The position numbers and the translations under genes were made by a program. The notes under the pieces are model-generated. The model had not been told where the DNA came from, did not search any database, and was given only the letters and a program-made list of their open reading frames with translations. 64,000 nt of DNA from Eledone cirrhosa (taxonomy: Eukaryota), in contig OZ024740.1 in assembly GCA_964016885.1 (NCBI GenBank), positions 262,632,001 to 262,696,000 on the forward strand, read 5' to 3'. Shown in pieces: positions 13,577 through 26,799 of the stretch. The first letter of the stretch is position 1. The number at the start of each line of letters is the position of its first letter.

Positions 13577-13612
13577 TTAATCTGTTATTTTAATAAATAT
13601 ATATATATATAT

Positions 13613-13872
13613 TGTTATACTTGGGGAGGGTCATATTTGTGTAATAATATTGCCAGAATTAATAACAGAACACACTCACTGTTTGGTTGGTTTTCGCTTG
13701 TGTGTCTTTTATATCGGTTAACTTAATTTATTCGGTCCTCAATGTTACCATTGACTAAGCAACGGTCACAAATACAGATATAATATATACACAAACACAT
13801 ATATATAGACTAACAAAGTTCTTTCGTTGCACATCTGCAACATCGTCAGTGGTGGTATTATGTTTCCTTCTA
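13613..13872. repeat. Truncated copy of the 9944 LTR-like element
   Basis: Direct match to 9944-10165, flanked by (TA)n. Confidence 0.75.
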
Positions 13873-13997
13873 TGTATATATATATACCTACATATCTCTG
13901 TGTGTGCGAGTGTGTATCTCGGGTTCAATCGGTGGTAACCACAGTAATTAAGGTATCCAATACATAGTAGTGTATAGACAATGTTAAATATAAACAT

Positions 13998-14049
13998 GGC
14001 TTCTACAGGACTAGAACTGTTTCATTCAAAGGAAATCTTCAGGAAAACC
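13998..14049 (-). ncRNA. Type I hammerhead ribozyme, intact core
   Basis: Minus: GGTTTTC-CTGAAGA-TTTC-cttt-GAAT-GAA-ACAG-ttctagtc-CTGT-A-GAAGCC; GUA triplet; stem II short and weak. Confidence 0.7.
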
Positions 14050-14459
14050 AACTGTCATTGTGGTATGGTGGTGGTTATAAGTTTTCTGGTGCTAAGACAA
14101 GTTGGTGATTAGGATGGGTGGAGCTCATTGGCCAAGGGATTTTAAAATAGGTGATTCTTTGAAAAATCTGTATTTAGAGAAATATATACAGTACATATAA
14201 CATGCAATCACACCTATTAACAAACACATAAACATGGACAACAACACCTATGTTAAATTTCATCTATCCTAAGCAAACAAAGGGAAATTCATGAAGTGGC
14301 TTTATTTACATGCTCTGGTGAAGAATTTATAGTATCAATGGATTGCTGACACCCTTAGAATTAAGGAAGTGGAAGTCTGTAGGCATATATATATATATAT
14401 ATATATATGTCAAGTAAGTATGTTTTGAAACAGTGAGCAGGTTTGAAATTAGAAAATAG

Positions 14460-14760
14460 AATAGCTTTCACCGAATTTTTGACTAAAGAAATTTTAGCCT
14501 GATTATGGGGTTTAGTAGAACCCTCAGATAAATGGAGAAAAGATGAGTATTGACGTACATGGGAGTCGAACCCACATCTTTGGTTATCCAGACCACTGTG
14601 CTACCATTACACCAACATGGTAGCACAGTGGTCTGGATAACCAAAGATGTGGGTTCGACTCCCATGTACGTCAATACTCATCTTTTTCCATTTATTTGAG
14701 GGTTCTAAACCCCATTATCAGGCTAAAATTTCTTTAGTCAAAAATACAGTGAAAGCTATT
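14460..14760. repeat. ~145-bp-arm palindrome with tRNA-like centre
   Basis: Arms 14460-14607 / 14617-14760 with a 9-nt loop. The right arm contains TGGTAGCAC, TGGT-CTGGATA-ACCA and GTGGG-TTCGACT-CCCAT. Related single copy at ~35895-36045. Confidence 0.9.
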
Positions 14761-14800
14761 ATATATATCTATCTCTCTTTCTCTCTATATATATATATAT

Positions 14801-17082
14801 TAATAAAAGGAGGTTCATATTCTGTGGTGACAGTCAAGTTTGCAATGTTCAACTGTAATGAGATGGGTAAATTTTGTGCCTTATATACAGTGAAAAAGTG
14901 GCTACAAAATGCTAAATCTTGCAAACTGTATTTCGACCAATCGGTGTGTAGTTTCACTGGATTACTAAAGCTGATTGGTTTAGGCGTCACGGTTTGTTGA
15001 GCATCTCTAACGACTACTATTTGACCCTATCCAAAGCATCAATTGTTTTGCCATTTTTAGAAATGATGAAAATAGCATTTTCTAGTAATCATCACCATCA
15101 ACATCACTATTTTTATTATTATTGTTGTTGTTGTTTTTGTTAGTGGTCGTAGTCGACATGGTCGTAGTCATAGTCATAGTAGGATTAATACTCCATTATT
15201 ATTGTTCATTTACCTTGGGTTGGAATTTATCAATAACATTTCTTTTCTCTGATTTCTCTCTTGATTTCACTTGGGCTGTGTAATTTGTAGAATGGAAATA
15301 TAAATATTCTCTGACCACATGTTACTAGATGATTACTCAGGGGTATCTGACGGACATTTTGATCTCTGATTTGCTGTCGGTGTACCCGTGCACGTTCCGA
15401 TAGTGCATTTCCAGTTTGACCGACATATAGTTCTTCACAATTGGGGCTTTAATGCAGTCAATTAGATTTCTGCTTTTGCAGTTCATATTTGCATTTGGGA
15501 ATATTTTTCCAGTTTTTGTTTTCATATATTGACCTGTGTGTATGGATTGACATGTGCCACATCGACTATCATTGCATTTAGATACAGTGAATGATTGGTC
15601 TTTGCTGTTAAGGTCAAACTTTGCTTTTGTTAGTAATTGCTTCAAATTTTTCGGCTGTCTTTTACTAAGAGTCAAATATCGATTTGTGATTAAACCTTTT
15701 AATTGATTACTTTGAGCAATGATCGGTAGGTTTACTTTGGCAGTGTTGAAGATATTCTGGTGACATGGGTTGTGTGTCATTATACATGGTATGATCAGTT
15801 CTTGGTTTCTTCTAACTTGGGTTGTCCTAAGTTGTTGTATAGGTATTTTTATAGCCCGCTGTATGCCATTTTCTATGAGTGGAGATGGGTATTTTTGTTT
15901 GAGAAAAAAATTCTCTTACTTCTGTACAATAGTACAAATTCTTCTGGCTAGGCAGTATGGGATGTTGCGTTTTGTATGCGGTGGATGGGACGACTTAAAA
16001 TTCAGATATTGATGGGTCTGTGTGTTTATAATATATATCCGTGGTAATGGTGGTGTAGTTTTTTATTACCATTATATGTAGGAATTGTAATTTGGTACTA
16101 ATCATCTCTTTTGTGAATTGGAGAGATGGGTGTAGGTTATTCAGGAGGATATTGATCTCATCCAGAGTATCTAGAGATTCTGTCCAGATGATGAAACAGT
16201 CATCAAGGTATCTCTTCCAAGATTTTTCAATCTACTTTCTAAAGTCAGTACTATATTTTTCCTCTATTTCTTGGTAGAGATGTTATTCTAAGTATCCCAT
16301 TACAGAGTTCGCGTAAACGGGAGCAAACTTCGTTCCCATCGATGTGCCTCTAATTTGGATGTAATTCTTTCCATTGAAGAAGTAAGTGTTGTTTTCCAGA
16401 ATAAGTTTGACTGCGTCTATTATAAATGGCGCTGTGAATCTGGTGGGAATCACTTCTATATGTTTTTCCACCCAGTATTTAACTGCCTTTATTCCTAAAT
16501 CATGTGTAATGTTGGTGTAAAGGCTTACCACATCAAAACTAAGTAGAAGTGAATTCGTTTCCGTGGTTTTGGGAAGATGGGACAGGAAGTCGATATCATC
16601 CCGGATGAAACTGGGTATGTGAATACATAGTGGTTTCAAAATAATGTCAACAAAATTGCTTAGACGGTGGGTAGGGCATGTTGGACCAGCTATAATAGCT
16701 CTAAGTTTTAAGTCTTTTGGGTGTAGTAATTTAATGTACTCACTGTTTTGTTCTTTTACTTCCAGATGTATTTCTTTTCACTTATGCACTTTCGGTAGGC
16801 CATAAAGGTTGCTGGGTTGAAGCTTAACATTGGTGATGTAGTCTCTTTCCTTATCAGTAAGTGAGTTGTGGTATTTTGAAGCCACGTTGTTGATCTTCTA
16901 CATGATGTTGTGGTCTATATTTGACGGTATTTCATGATAGAATGTTGTGTCTTTCAGTTGTTCCTCAACCAAATCTTTGTAGTATTCAGCATCCATTATA
17001 ACAACTGCATCCCCTTTATCTGCTTGTTTAATTATTATTGTTTTATCATTTTCTATACGTTTAAGTGCAGACATTTCTGAGG
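14801..17082 (-). mobile_element. Penelope-like element (Neptune-like), 5'-truncated pseudogene, copy A
   Basis: QADKGDAVVIMD, FDVVSLYTNI, GTSMGTKFAPVYAN, KRYLDDCF (16190-16218), linker CNDSRCGTC, GIY-YIG NLI.CIK...YVGQT; multiple frameshifts. Confidence 0.92.
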
Positions 17083-18170
17083 GGCTACAGAATGCTAAGT
17101 TTTGCAAACTGTATTTCAACCAATCGGTGTGTGGTTTCACTAGATTACTAAAGCTGATTGGTTTAGGAGTCACGGTTGGTTGAGCATGTCTAACGACTTC
17201 TACTTGACCCTATCCAAAGCATCAATTTTATTGCTATTTTTAGAAATGATGAAAATAGCATTTCCTAGGGTTTTTATAAAAAAATCTGCAGTAATCATCA
17301 CTATCGACATCACTTTATTATTATTATTATTATTGTTGTTGTTGTTGTTGTTAGTGGTGGTAGTCGACATGGTCGTAGGCGTATTCATAGTAGAAGTAAT
17401 ACCCCTAAGCATTATTATTATTCATTTAGCTTGGGTTGGAATTTATCAATAAAATTCTTTTCTATAATTTTTCTCTTGATTTCACTTGGGCTGTGTAGTT
17501 TGTGGAATGGAAATATTATAAACATTTTCTGACCACATGTTTCTAGATGGTTACTCAGGGGTATCTGACGGACTTTTTGGTTTCTGATTTGCTGTGGGTG
17601 CACCCGTGCACGTTCCAATAGTGCATTTCCAGTTTGACCGACAATTCGGGCATTTAATGCATTCAATTAGATTTCTGCTTTTGCAGTTCATATTTGCATT
17701 TGGGAATATTTTTCCAGTTTTCGTGTTCATATATTGACCAGTATGTATGAACTGACATGTGCCACATCGACTATCATTGCATTTAGATACAGTGAATGAT
17801 TGGTCTTTCTTGTGAAGGTCAAACTTTGCCTTTGTTAGTAATTGCTTAACATTTTTCGGCTGTCTTTTACTGAAAGTCAAAGCTCGGTTTGTGATTAAAC
17901 TTTTTAATTGAATACTTTGAGCAATGATCGGTAGGTTTGCTTTGGCAGTGTTGAAGATATTCTGGTGACATGGGTTGTGTGTTGTTATAAATGGTATGAC
18001 CAGTTCTTGGTTTATTCTTCCTTGGGTTGTCCTAAGTTGTTGTATATGTATTTTTATAGCCTGCTGTATGCCATTTTCTATAAATAGAGATGGGTATTTT
18101 TGTTTGAGCAAAAATTCTCTCAGTTCTGTTAGGTGTTTGTTCCTGGTATTTGTATCTTCTACAAGATAAA
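17083..18170 (-). mobile_element. 3' portion of the same PLE family, copy B, head-to-tail with copy A
   Basis: ORF 17551-18174 is closely similar to 15337-15950; 3' UTR 17083-17420 matches 14901-15210. Confidence 0.9.
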
Positions 18171-18502
18171 CCATTGAACCCCACCCATCCTGTAGACACC
18201 TGTCTTACAGGCATTGTTAGTCTAAGTGATAAACTACGATCGGTATTCCAAATATGATTTTGTTTACAGTATTCTTCATGCCTTTGTTAATACTACAGCG
18301 TTACAGAATTAGCTTTTAATGAAGTCACTTTTCTTTAAATCCTTCAACCAATGACCTCTACCCATCCCAATCCCCACCCTCTCCTACAACCAGAAAAGAA
18401 AAGATATAAATACCACTACTTACTTGGACAGCCAGCTCTTCTATATTAAAACTATATATATACATATATATATATATATAGAAATATATATATATATATA
18501 TA

Positions 18503-19400
<898 letters not shown>

Positions 19401-19540
19401 TTCAGGTTTGAGGTTCACCACTGTATAGAGCTGGTCTATTCCGTATGGTCAATTGTAATGCAAAAATATAGAGAGTACTCAACGTAAGGCAGTTCAACCG
19501 TCTTTGTTTTTGTAGTTGGTGGTGCTATTACGGAGTTAAA

Positions 19541-19858
19541 TATTATAATGAAATGACAGGAGGCTGGATTTGTGTAAATCCTTGAAAGGTTTATTATACG
19601 TGAATGTAATAGATAAAATCCATGGGGCTGAAAATCTAGGGCGACCGCTATTCTGTTCAACCTCAGAAGGAACAGAATAGTGGTCGCCCTCGGGTCCTCG
19701 ATTTTCAGCCCCATGGATTTTATCTATTACATTCACGTATTATATTTCGAATACCTGATGATGTCACCTGTTTCATACAGAACCCGGTCATTGAAATGAT
19801 CATAGTATAATAAACCTTTCAAGGATTTACACAAATCCAGCCTCCTGTCATTTCATTA
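19541..19858. repeat. Fold-back element with nested hairpin
   Basis: 19541-19640 pairs with 19700-19740 plus 19809-19858. Inner hairpin AGGGCGACCGCTATTCTGTTC / GAACAGAATAGTGGTCGCCCT. Confidence 0.9.
19751..19808 (+). ncRNA. Type I hammerhead ribozyme with palindromic stem III
   Basis: ATAC-CTGATGA-(imperfect stem II)-GAA-ATGATCAT-A-GTAT; AUA triplet; stem I ATAC/GTAT. Confidence 0.75.
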
Positions 19859-19893
19859 TTATTATTATATATATATATATATATATATATTTC

Positions 19894-19930
<37 letters not shown>

Positions 19931-19931
19931 C

Positions 19932-19978
<47 letters not shown>

Positions 19979-19984
19979 CATTAT

Positions 19985-20049
<65 letters not shown>

Positions 20050-20051
<2 letters not shown>

Positions 20052-20280
20052 TAAAAGAATAGAGGTGTAACACACAAGTTATTATATATTGGTAAACGGA
20101 ATAGAAAATGCTGACAAATTGTTCACAGTTGAAAAATGGTTTAATTAGGAATAAAAGAGTATTAGTGTTTGTATGGGTTAGTATTCAGTTGTGGTTTTAA
20201 GTTTTTAACTTTTTACCGGTTGCGCATTTCAAAATGCTTTTCAAAAATAATTTTGAGATAGAGTGTCCGTGCTGTTTGCT
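20050..20280. repeat. Dispersed TA-associated repeat (second copy inverted at ~61205-61425)
   Basis: Shared GAGGTGTAACACAC, ACCGGTTGCGCATTTC, TTTTCAAAAATAATTTTGAGATAGAG. Confidence 0.8.
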
Positions 20281-20311
<31 letters not shown>

Positions 20312-20351
20312 TATATATTTGTATATATATGTGTGTATATATATATGTGTA

Positions 20352-20760
20352 TATAACAAAGGAAGTGTGGTAAGGAACCAGATGGACCATAATGCACCAG
20401 AGTACTCAATACTTAGGGTAGTAGAGTGAGTAATAGGAAAATATTTAACCCCGACGGCAGAGCTCAAGCCGTTTCGACGGCTATTTCTGGACTAAATTAG
20501 AATTTTTAGCGTGGTAATAAATACCCGAACTTTTCAAGGGGTTAATTCCTAATATGGGAAGATTGTAGTTGTCAAAAAGATTGGTCAAAATCTCTTTTAA
20601 ATACAATTAAATCTTTCATGGTGGTGGGTGGTAGGTGGGGGTGGCTGAACTTGCCTGTAAAACAATGAGGGAGTGGGTGGAGCCGGTCAAGCGTTGAAAG
20701 TGAATTCTATACAGCAAATTCTAAGGAGTGTGTATGGAATTAGGCTAGGTAGAAAGCAGG
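20352..20760 (-). repeat. Solo PLE pseudo-LTR (same family as 38298-38700) with degenerate hammerhead at 20445-20545
   Basis: Minus: TTAACCCC-TTGAAAA-(long stem II)-GAA-ACGGC..GCCGT-C-GGGGTTAA; stems I and III are perfect but the core deviates from CTGANGA. Confidence 0.7.
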
Positions 20761-21402
20761 CGAAAGAGAAATATGAGAGTGGGACGTTATAAAATGAAAT
20801 GGTTAATAAATTGAGATTAAAAGAAAAAAGTAATAATAAAATAATTAAATAGTAAAAAATAATAAAAAATCTGTAGATTTTAAAGCAGCTGCTATATTTT
20901 ATGCTGGTATTGCCTTTTCGGCCAATGCTATATAGAATTTACTGGGAATGGCGTACTGAGGCTTTTGTAGCCTCTGTACCCCCACCCCAGGTTACGTAAG
21001 TTCCTGTTGACATCATCAGGTGTATATTGCATAATAGTTGTATAATAAAGGAATAACGATAAACACAATCCAAGATGTTATAATGAGAGAAAGCAGATAA
21101 GAACGTAAAACAGGAAAAGGTTTTTGCCTCGAAGGCGATCAAGAGGGCCAGTTGTTGTCAGTTTGGCTGACCCAGGTCGAAATGTATATAGTGTTTGCTG
21201 AAATAAATCTTTGAAGGAATTTCACCAGTTCGGCCTCCTGTCATTTTACTCAATAATAATTAACTCCGTTCTCGCACCACTAACAAGATCTTTCAAACAT
21301 GGATGAGTTACATAATGTCGAGTGCTTTTCCTAATCATGATTGGCTATACAGGATGACCAGTTCTATCCGGTAGTTAACCACCAAACTTAAATGTATATA
21401 CG

Positions 21403-21441
<39 letters not shown>

Positions 21442-21442
<1 letters not shown>

Positions 21443-21796
21443 AAAGGTAAACAGAAACCCCAACACAACCGGTACAGTATATGGAAGGAATATATTAGGT
21501 TAACGCCTGAAATAGTACGGAGATGGTCTTGACGTTTCGGACGCTAGTCCTTCATCAGAAGAAAGAATGAGAAATAAGATATATTGAGGGGACAGGCGGG
21601 CTGGAATTTGAAAAAATCTCTTTAGAGAAAAATAACAGGTCCATTCATGTTGACATCTCTTGGAGAACGTTGGTGCTGGCGTTTTGTGTATGATTTATTT
21701 TTAAGAAAAGTGAATGATGGAGCGAGTCTACCTTAAATGGAAAAAAAAACGTTCTAAAAAAAGAGCTATACATGTGCACGTGCGTAAGCCAGTGTG

Positions 21797-21866
<70 letters not shown>

Positions 21867-24800
21867 TGTGTGTGTGTTATTATATGTCTGTACGAAGCTA
21901 AGAAGAAATGTGTGTGTGTGTATGTAAGTAAAAGAGTGTGTGCTTGTAAGTACGAAGCTATGAGCAAAAGTATGTTATTATAAGGGCGTGTATGTGTCTA
22001 TACAGAGCAGTGAAAGGAAAAGTGGAGTGTGCACATTTTGTCGGTCTGTATTAGTTGTAAGCGGAGATGTTTATGATTATGAGAGAGCGATAGCAATCTA
22101 GGGGTGAATGTAGAAGCGCGTGTGATAATGGATGGGGTATTAAAGAAATTGGGGAGGTGAGTTGGGTCCAAGAGGGGAATAGGACCCAAGGCGGTGAATC
22201 AGACATAGTTAAGTCCCAGTGCGCGAGACCTGTGATCTATGATGTAAAAGAACACCCATGTAGGGAAGAATGACCAGGAGAACAGAAATAACGGGCGACA
22301 GGAGTATCCAAACCGAGTAGTATGGCTCTCACATGCTCAGCAAAACAGTCCGCCATACGGTGTCTTGTTTGTCCGATGTATAAAGACCCGCAAAAGGAAC
22401 ACAGGAGGGCATAGGCACGTGGGTGCATGTGCAGGTGTAACAGTGGCGGATACGGAAAGACCCGTTAGGGCCTGTCAGAGATATGAGGGTGAAAATGAAG
22501 GGAAAAGTGTTGCAACGTGGACGAGAACAAGGAAGAGAGCCGGGTGGAGTCAAGGGAGAGGACGAGAAGGAACTGCGTACCAGGAAGTCGCGCAGGTCAC
22601 GGACGCGCTTAAATGCAGTAATGGCTGGGTTTGGAAAAAAGCGAGAAGTGATGGGGTCAGAAGAGAGGGTACGGAAGGAACGGGGGATATGTTGCCGGAG
22701 TGGTAGGATGATGGGGTGGTAGGTGAGATGGTAGGTGAGAGGGAAAGGAAAGCGGGTGTTGGAAGCGCGCTGGTGAAGTGAGAGGGCTGTGGTACGGTCG
22801 GTTTCACGGGCGTGGGTGAGAGCAGCTTGGATCAGGGTGAGGGGATATCCACACTGGATGAAGCACGAAGCCATGTCAAGAGAATGGGTTTCGAAATCGT
22901 CGTCCTGGCTACAGAGCCGACGAAGACGGAGGAATTGGGAATAGGGTATGGAGTGTTTGGTGTGGGTTGCATGGGAGGAGGTGAAGTTGAGGTAAGAGAG
23001 GGAGTTTGTTGGTTTGGTTTATACGAGATGGAAGTAGAGAGGGTGTGGTGAGAGTGATTAATAGATAGAGAGATATCTAGGAAAGGGACAGAAGAATCGG
23101 AGACGGGGGCGGTGAAAGTGAGAACAGGGTGGAAAGTTAGGACAAAAGAAAAAAAGCAGTCGAATTAGTGATAGAAAGGTGGCGCCAATACAGTCGTCGA
23201 TATAACGACCGTATAGCTCAGGAGTAGGTCCATCGTATTGAGAGAATATCTGGGCTTCGACGTAGCTAACAAACAAGTTGGCATAATTTGGTCCCATTCT
23301 GGTTCCCGTCGCTACCGCAGAGACATACTGATAGACTTTACCCGAAAAGGAAAAGTCATAGAGGGTCAGAACCAGCTCACCCAGACGGAGAAAAGTGGTA
23401 ATGCTGGGGTAAGGGGTAGAGCGTAAGTTTTAAAAATGGTGGAGAGCGCGGAGGCCGTCATCATGGGGGATGACGGTATAGAGAGAGGTGATGTCCAGGG
23501 TAAAGAGAAGGCGAGAGGGGTCAGGAGGGAAGGAGCTGAAGAGTCTAACGGCATGATTGGTATCGTGTATGTGAGAGAGTAGATTGACGCCCAACGAGGC
23601 GCGGATGGTGTCTAAATATTCAGAAATGATCTCGGTGGAGCAGTTGCACGCGGAAACGATAGGACTGTCGGCATTATTTTGTTTGTGTATTTTGGGGAGG
23701 AAGTAGATGATGGGTCTGCGAGGGTTGCGTACAATAAGGTTGGTGTCTGTGGGGGTAGGAGAGAGGAGGAAATGAGCTGGTGGATGGTGGAGGACACGAG
23801 TTGTTGGAAGCCAGGAGTGGGGTCGGAGGATAAAGGGTGGTAAAAAAGGGTATCGTGAAGCTGACGGAGAGCCTCAGCCCTATAGAGGTCAACGCTCCAA
23901 ACCACCACAGCGCCACCTTTGTCAGCGGGTTTGGTGACAATGTCATCGCGACGCCGATGGTTGCGAAGAACGGAGAGCTGACTCCGCGTGATGTTAGAGC
24001 GACGAGAATGCTGGTGGAAACGTAACCGATTCACAGTACGCCGGCAAGTATCGACAAAGGAGTCGAGGGTACTGAATTGACCAGAGCTCGGCGTGCAATG
24101 TGATTGCCAGCGACTGAGACGAGTGAAGTCATCCGTCTGTGTCGATGATGGCGTCTCGTGAAAAAAAGCTTTCAGCTTTAATCGACGGAAGAACCCTTCG
24201 ATATTGGCACGTGTGCGGAACTCATCACGGCGAGGAGAGGGCGCTCAGCTTCGGAGAGTGTTAGGTCCTGCGGTATGGTGACTACAGTGCAGGGACGTGA
24301 TGGAGTGAAAGAGGCGGTGGTGGATGGGTTAAGGTAGTTCGGCAAAGCGTGTGCAGTTTCAGTGGAGGGGAGAGGAAAGGGGTGATAGGTGACGGGATAG
24401 AGGGGTTAGGGCTGGAGGTGAAATGAGTATTGGTGGTGACGGCAGGCGGGGAGCGGCATGAGTGGAGTTTGTGGTTTTTTATGGAAGTGAGGAAATTGAA
24501 AAGGAGGCGATTGAGGTAAAGGATGAATTGGATAATGGATAATGGATTGTATGAGGAACGAGTGACAAGTGGAGAAGAGATGGAGGTAGGCCTTGGGGAG
24601 ATCTCGGTCGAGAGAACGGATTTGAGCGAGAGTTGATCGGATAGTCGCCCGATTGAGCTGGCGAGAGGAACGGGTAAGGATGGGCTCAGTGGTGGGAGCA
24701 AAGTAAGAGGTAATGGAACTTGAGGCGGAATCGTGGGGAATGAGATGGTGGTGGAGAAAGCAACTTAAAAAGGTAATATGACTATTATATCGTGTTTTGG

Positions 24801-25270
24801 TGGAGATGAGGTTGGAGAGATGCAGAGAGGAATGAATGAATATAGAGGGAGAGGTTGGAGGAGGCGCTTGAGAGTGGAATGGAGCTGGTGGAGAAAACAT
24901 TTGAGATTGGGCATATTGAAGGAACTAGGGTGGGAGTAAAAAATAGACGGGTGAGAAGAAGAAGGTGGTGTAAGAAGATTGTAGTAGAGGAAAAGTGATA
25001 GAAAGTCGTGGAATATTTAAATGCAAGAAGCAAAGAAAATTTCAATGATACGAAAGATTTCCTAGTGGAAGTTCAGGTATACTCCGGGTTGGTATCCAGT
25101 TTCGGGGTGAAAATCCAATTAGAAAATCCAACGAATTTGAGAGGTCCACTTAAGCGTTGATATATATATGTATGTAAAAGGTTAACAGAAATAACAACAC
25201 AATCAGTGCAGAAGGAATATATTAGGTTAACGCTTGAAGTAGCAGGAATACGGTTGTGACGTTTCGGACA
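21442..25270 (-). mobile_element. Near full-length Penelope-like element (Neptune-like) with tandem pseudo-LTRs
   Basis: Frameshifted ORF ~24900-22130: KPADKGGAVVV, GTRMGPNYANLFV, RYIDDCIG, CSRPRCNT, LYIGQT. 3' pseudo-LTR 21442-21630 is partly repeated at the 5' end (25163-25270); (TA)n at both ends. Confidence 0.92.
21527..21562 (-). ncRNA. Minimal type I hammerhead ribozyme in PLE pseudo-LTR, intact
   Basis: TCTT-CTGATGA-A-GGAC-tagc-GTCC-GAA-ACGT-C-AAGA: palindromic stem III (dimer type), GUC triplet. Confidence 0.85.
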
Positions 25271-26060
25271 TATATATACGATGGCTGAAAAGTCTGCTAA
25301 GAATATTGCAACCGCTTGTCAGATTACGGAAAGTGGTGCACGTTTAGGCTATGGCCAGCCACACGAGCCTGTAACATAACCTGAACAAGCAATACCTGTG
25401 CTTTGAAGGTTTTTTAAGTGGGGAAAGGTATTGCACGCGACCAATCCCACTCTCTGAGTATCAAAAACACTACCCTAAAAGGAGAACTGGTCTACATCAT
25501 CGGGTACTTCCGAAGCCACAGGCTATTTTTTTCAGAGTTTCCCTATCTTAGAAAGGGGTTGTGACAACAACTGGGGGCCTTTCACTCCTTGGTGAAAAAA
25601 AAAACAACTACTATTTGGATGGCCGTTGAGTTCCTCCGCCCTTCGCCGAGTCTTGTATTTCATCACGCAGGGTGTCCGAATTTCACCCTCCTCACCAAGC
25701 TAGCTTGGTGGGGTTGCGGGTTTAGTCGCCGACGACCCGACCATGAAACAGGTTGTACTAGGTTACATGTTAGCAATAGCACTCGAAAGCGACCTGACAT
25801 ATATATATATATATACATACGCATTCACCCATATATATATATATATACTCACATATACATACAAATCCACTCATACAATGAAATACCCATGGAAAAAGAC
25901 AAGTAGGCAAACAGTACTTACCTAACTGCAGTACTATTAGACAGACCGAAAGATGGCGTAGGTTCGGGTAGGGATGGGATTGGAGGGACAGGGAAGGGAT
26001 ACTATGCCGAGTGATGTGTTTGTTTTGGATCTATCGTTCTCAGGGCAGAATAAAAATGGC

Positions 26061-26109
<49 letters not shown>

Positions 26110-26189
26110 TCATTTTCTTTTTACATAACAGACTTAATAAGTTGTGGTGTATAACCCAACGAAACCTAATCAGCTGTATATGTCACTAA

Positions 26190-26654
26190 TTATATATATA
26201 CAGATAAATCTACCAATCAATGGTAGGGTCTAAACCGTATGAAGAACTCAATGTAATCCGTATGTAGAAGATGTCGTGAAGCAAAGTTTAAAATACAAGA
26301 TGTTCAACGATATAATTTATTTGGATACAGAGTCAAAAATAGAAATATTAAAACAATGAAATTAAACAAAAGACGGTTAATTCATAGTAAAACTCATTAT
26401 TTTACGATCGTTTCTGTGGTGTAGTTCGTCATATGTCCATCCAATTATTGATCTATGTAAAATATATTACAAAATATCATAGTAAGAATATATACATACG
26501 TCTTCACTACCCACCGTCTTACTATGATATTTTGTAATATACTTTACATAGATCAATAATTGAATGGACATACGGGATGTACTCCCCAGAAACGATCGTA
26601 AAATAATGAGTTTTACTATGAATTAACCGTTTTTTGTTCAATTTCATTGTTTTA

Positions 26655-26655
<1 letters not shown>
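26190..26655. repeat. Fold-back PLE pseudo-LTR fragment (family of 48235-48600)
   Basis: Arms ~26349-26485 / 26521-26655, both containing the HHR 3' half GAAACGATCGTA; bounded by (TA)n. Confidence 0.85.
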
Positions 26656-26706
<51 letters not shown>

Positions 26707-26733
26707 CCACAAGAGATATTTAATTTGTTGGTA

Positions 26734-26799
<66 letters not shown>

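Larger units (their letters stand above)
11101..13600 (+). mobile_element. 5'-truncated Penelope-like element (YRDD / WYNPP type, possibly Hydra clade) with inverted pseudo-LTR
   Basis: ORFs 11345-12022 (FDVSMSASDSAEVTDLIG, GLYRDDGL, HSNHP, WYNPPY) and 12181-12471 (IVYKC..AYIGLT..FKQR, CDLC: GIY-YIG). 11101-11292 is an inverted copy of the 3' end 13391-13600. Confidence 0.9.

Noticed and set aside
14617-14673. Functional tRNA gene
   Set aside because: The 5' acceptor strand and part of the D arm are missing; it is embedded in a palindromic repeat.
22365-24025. Plus-strand ORFs over the 22-24 kb element (and similar ones at 53-57 kb)
   Set aside because: Antisense shadows of GC-richer retroelement coding sequence.
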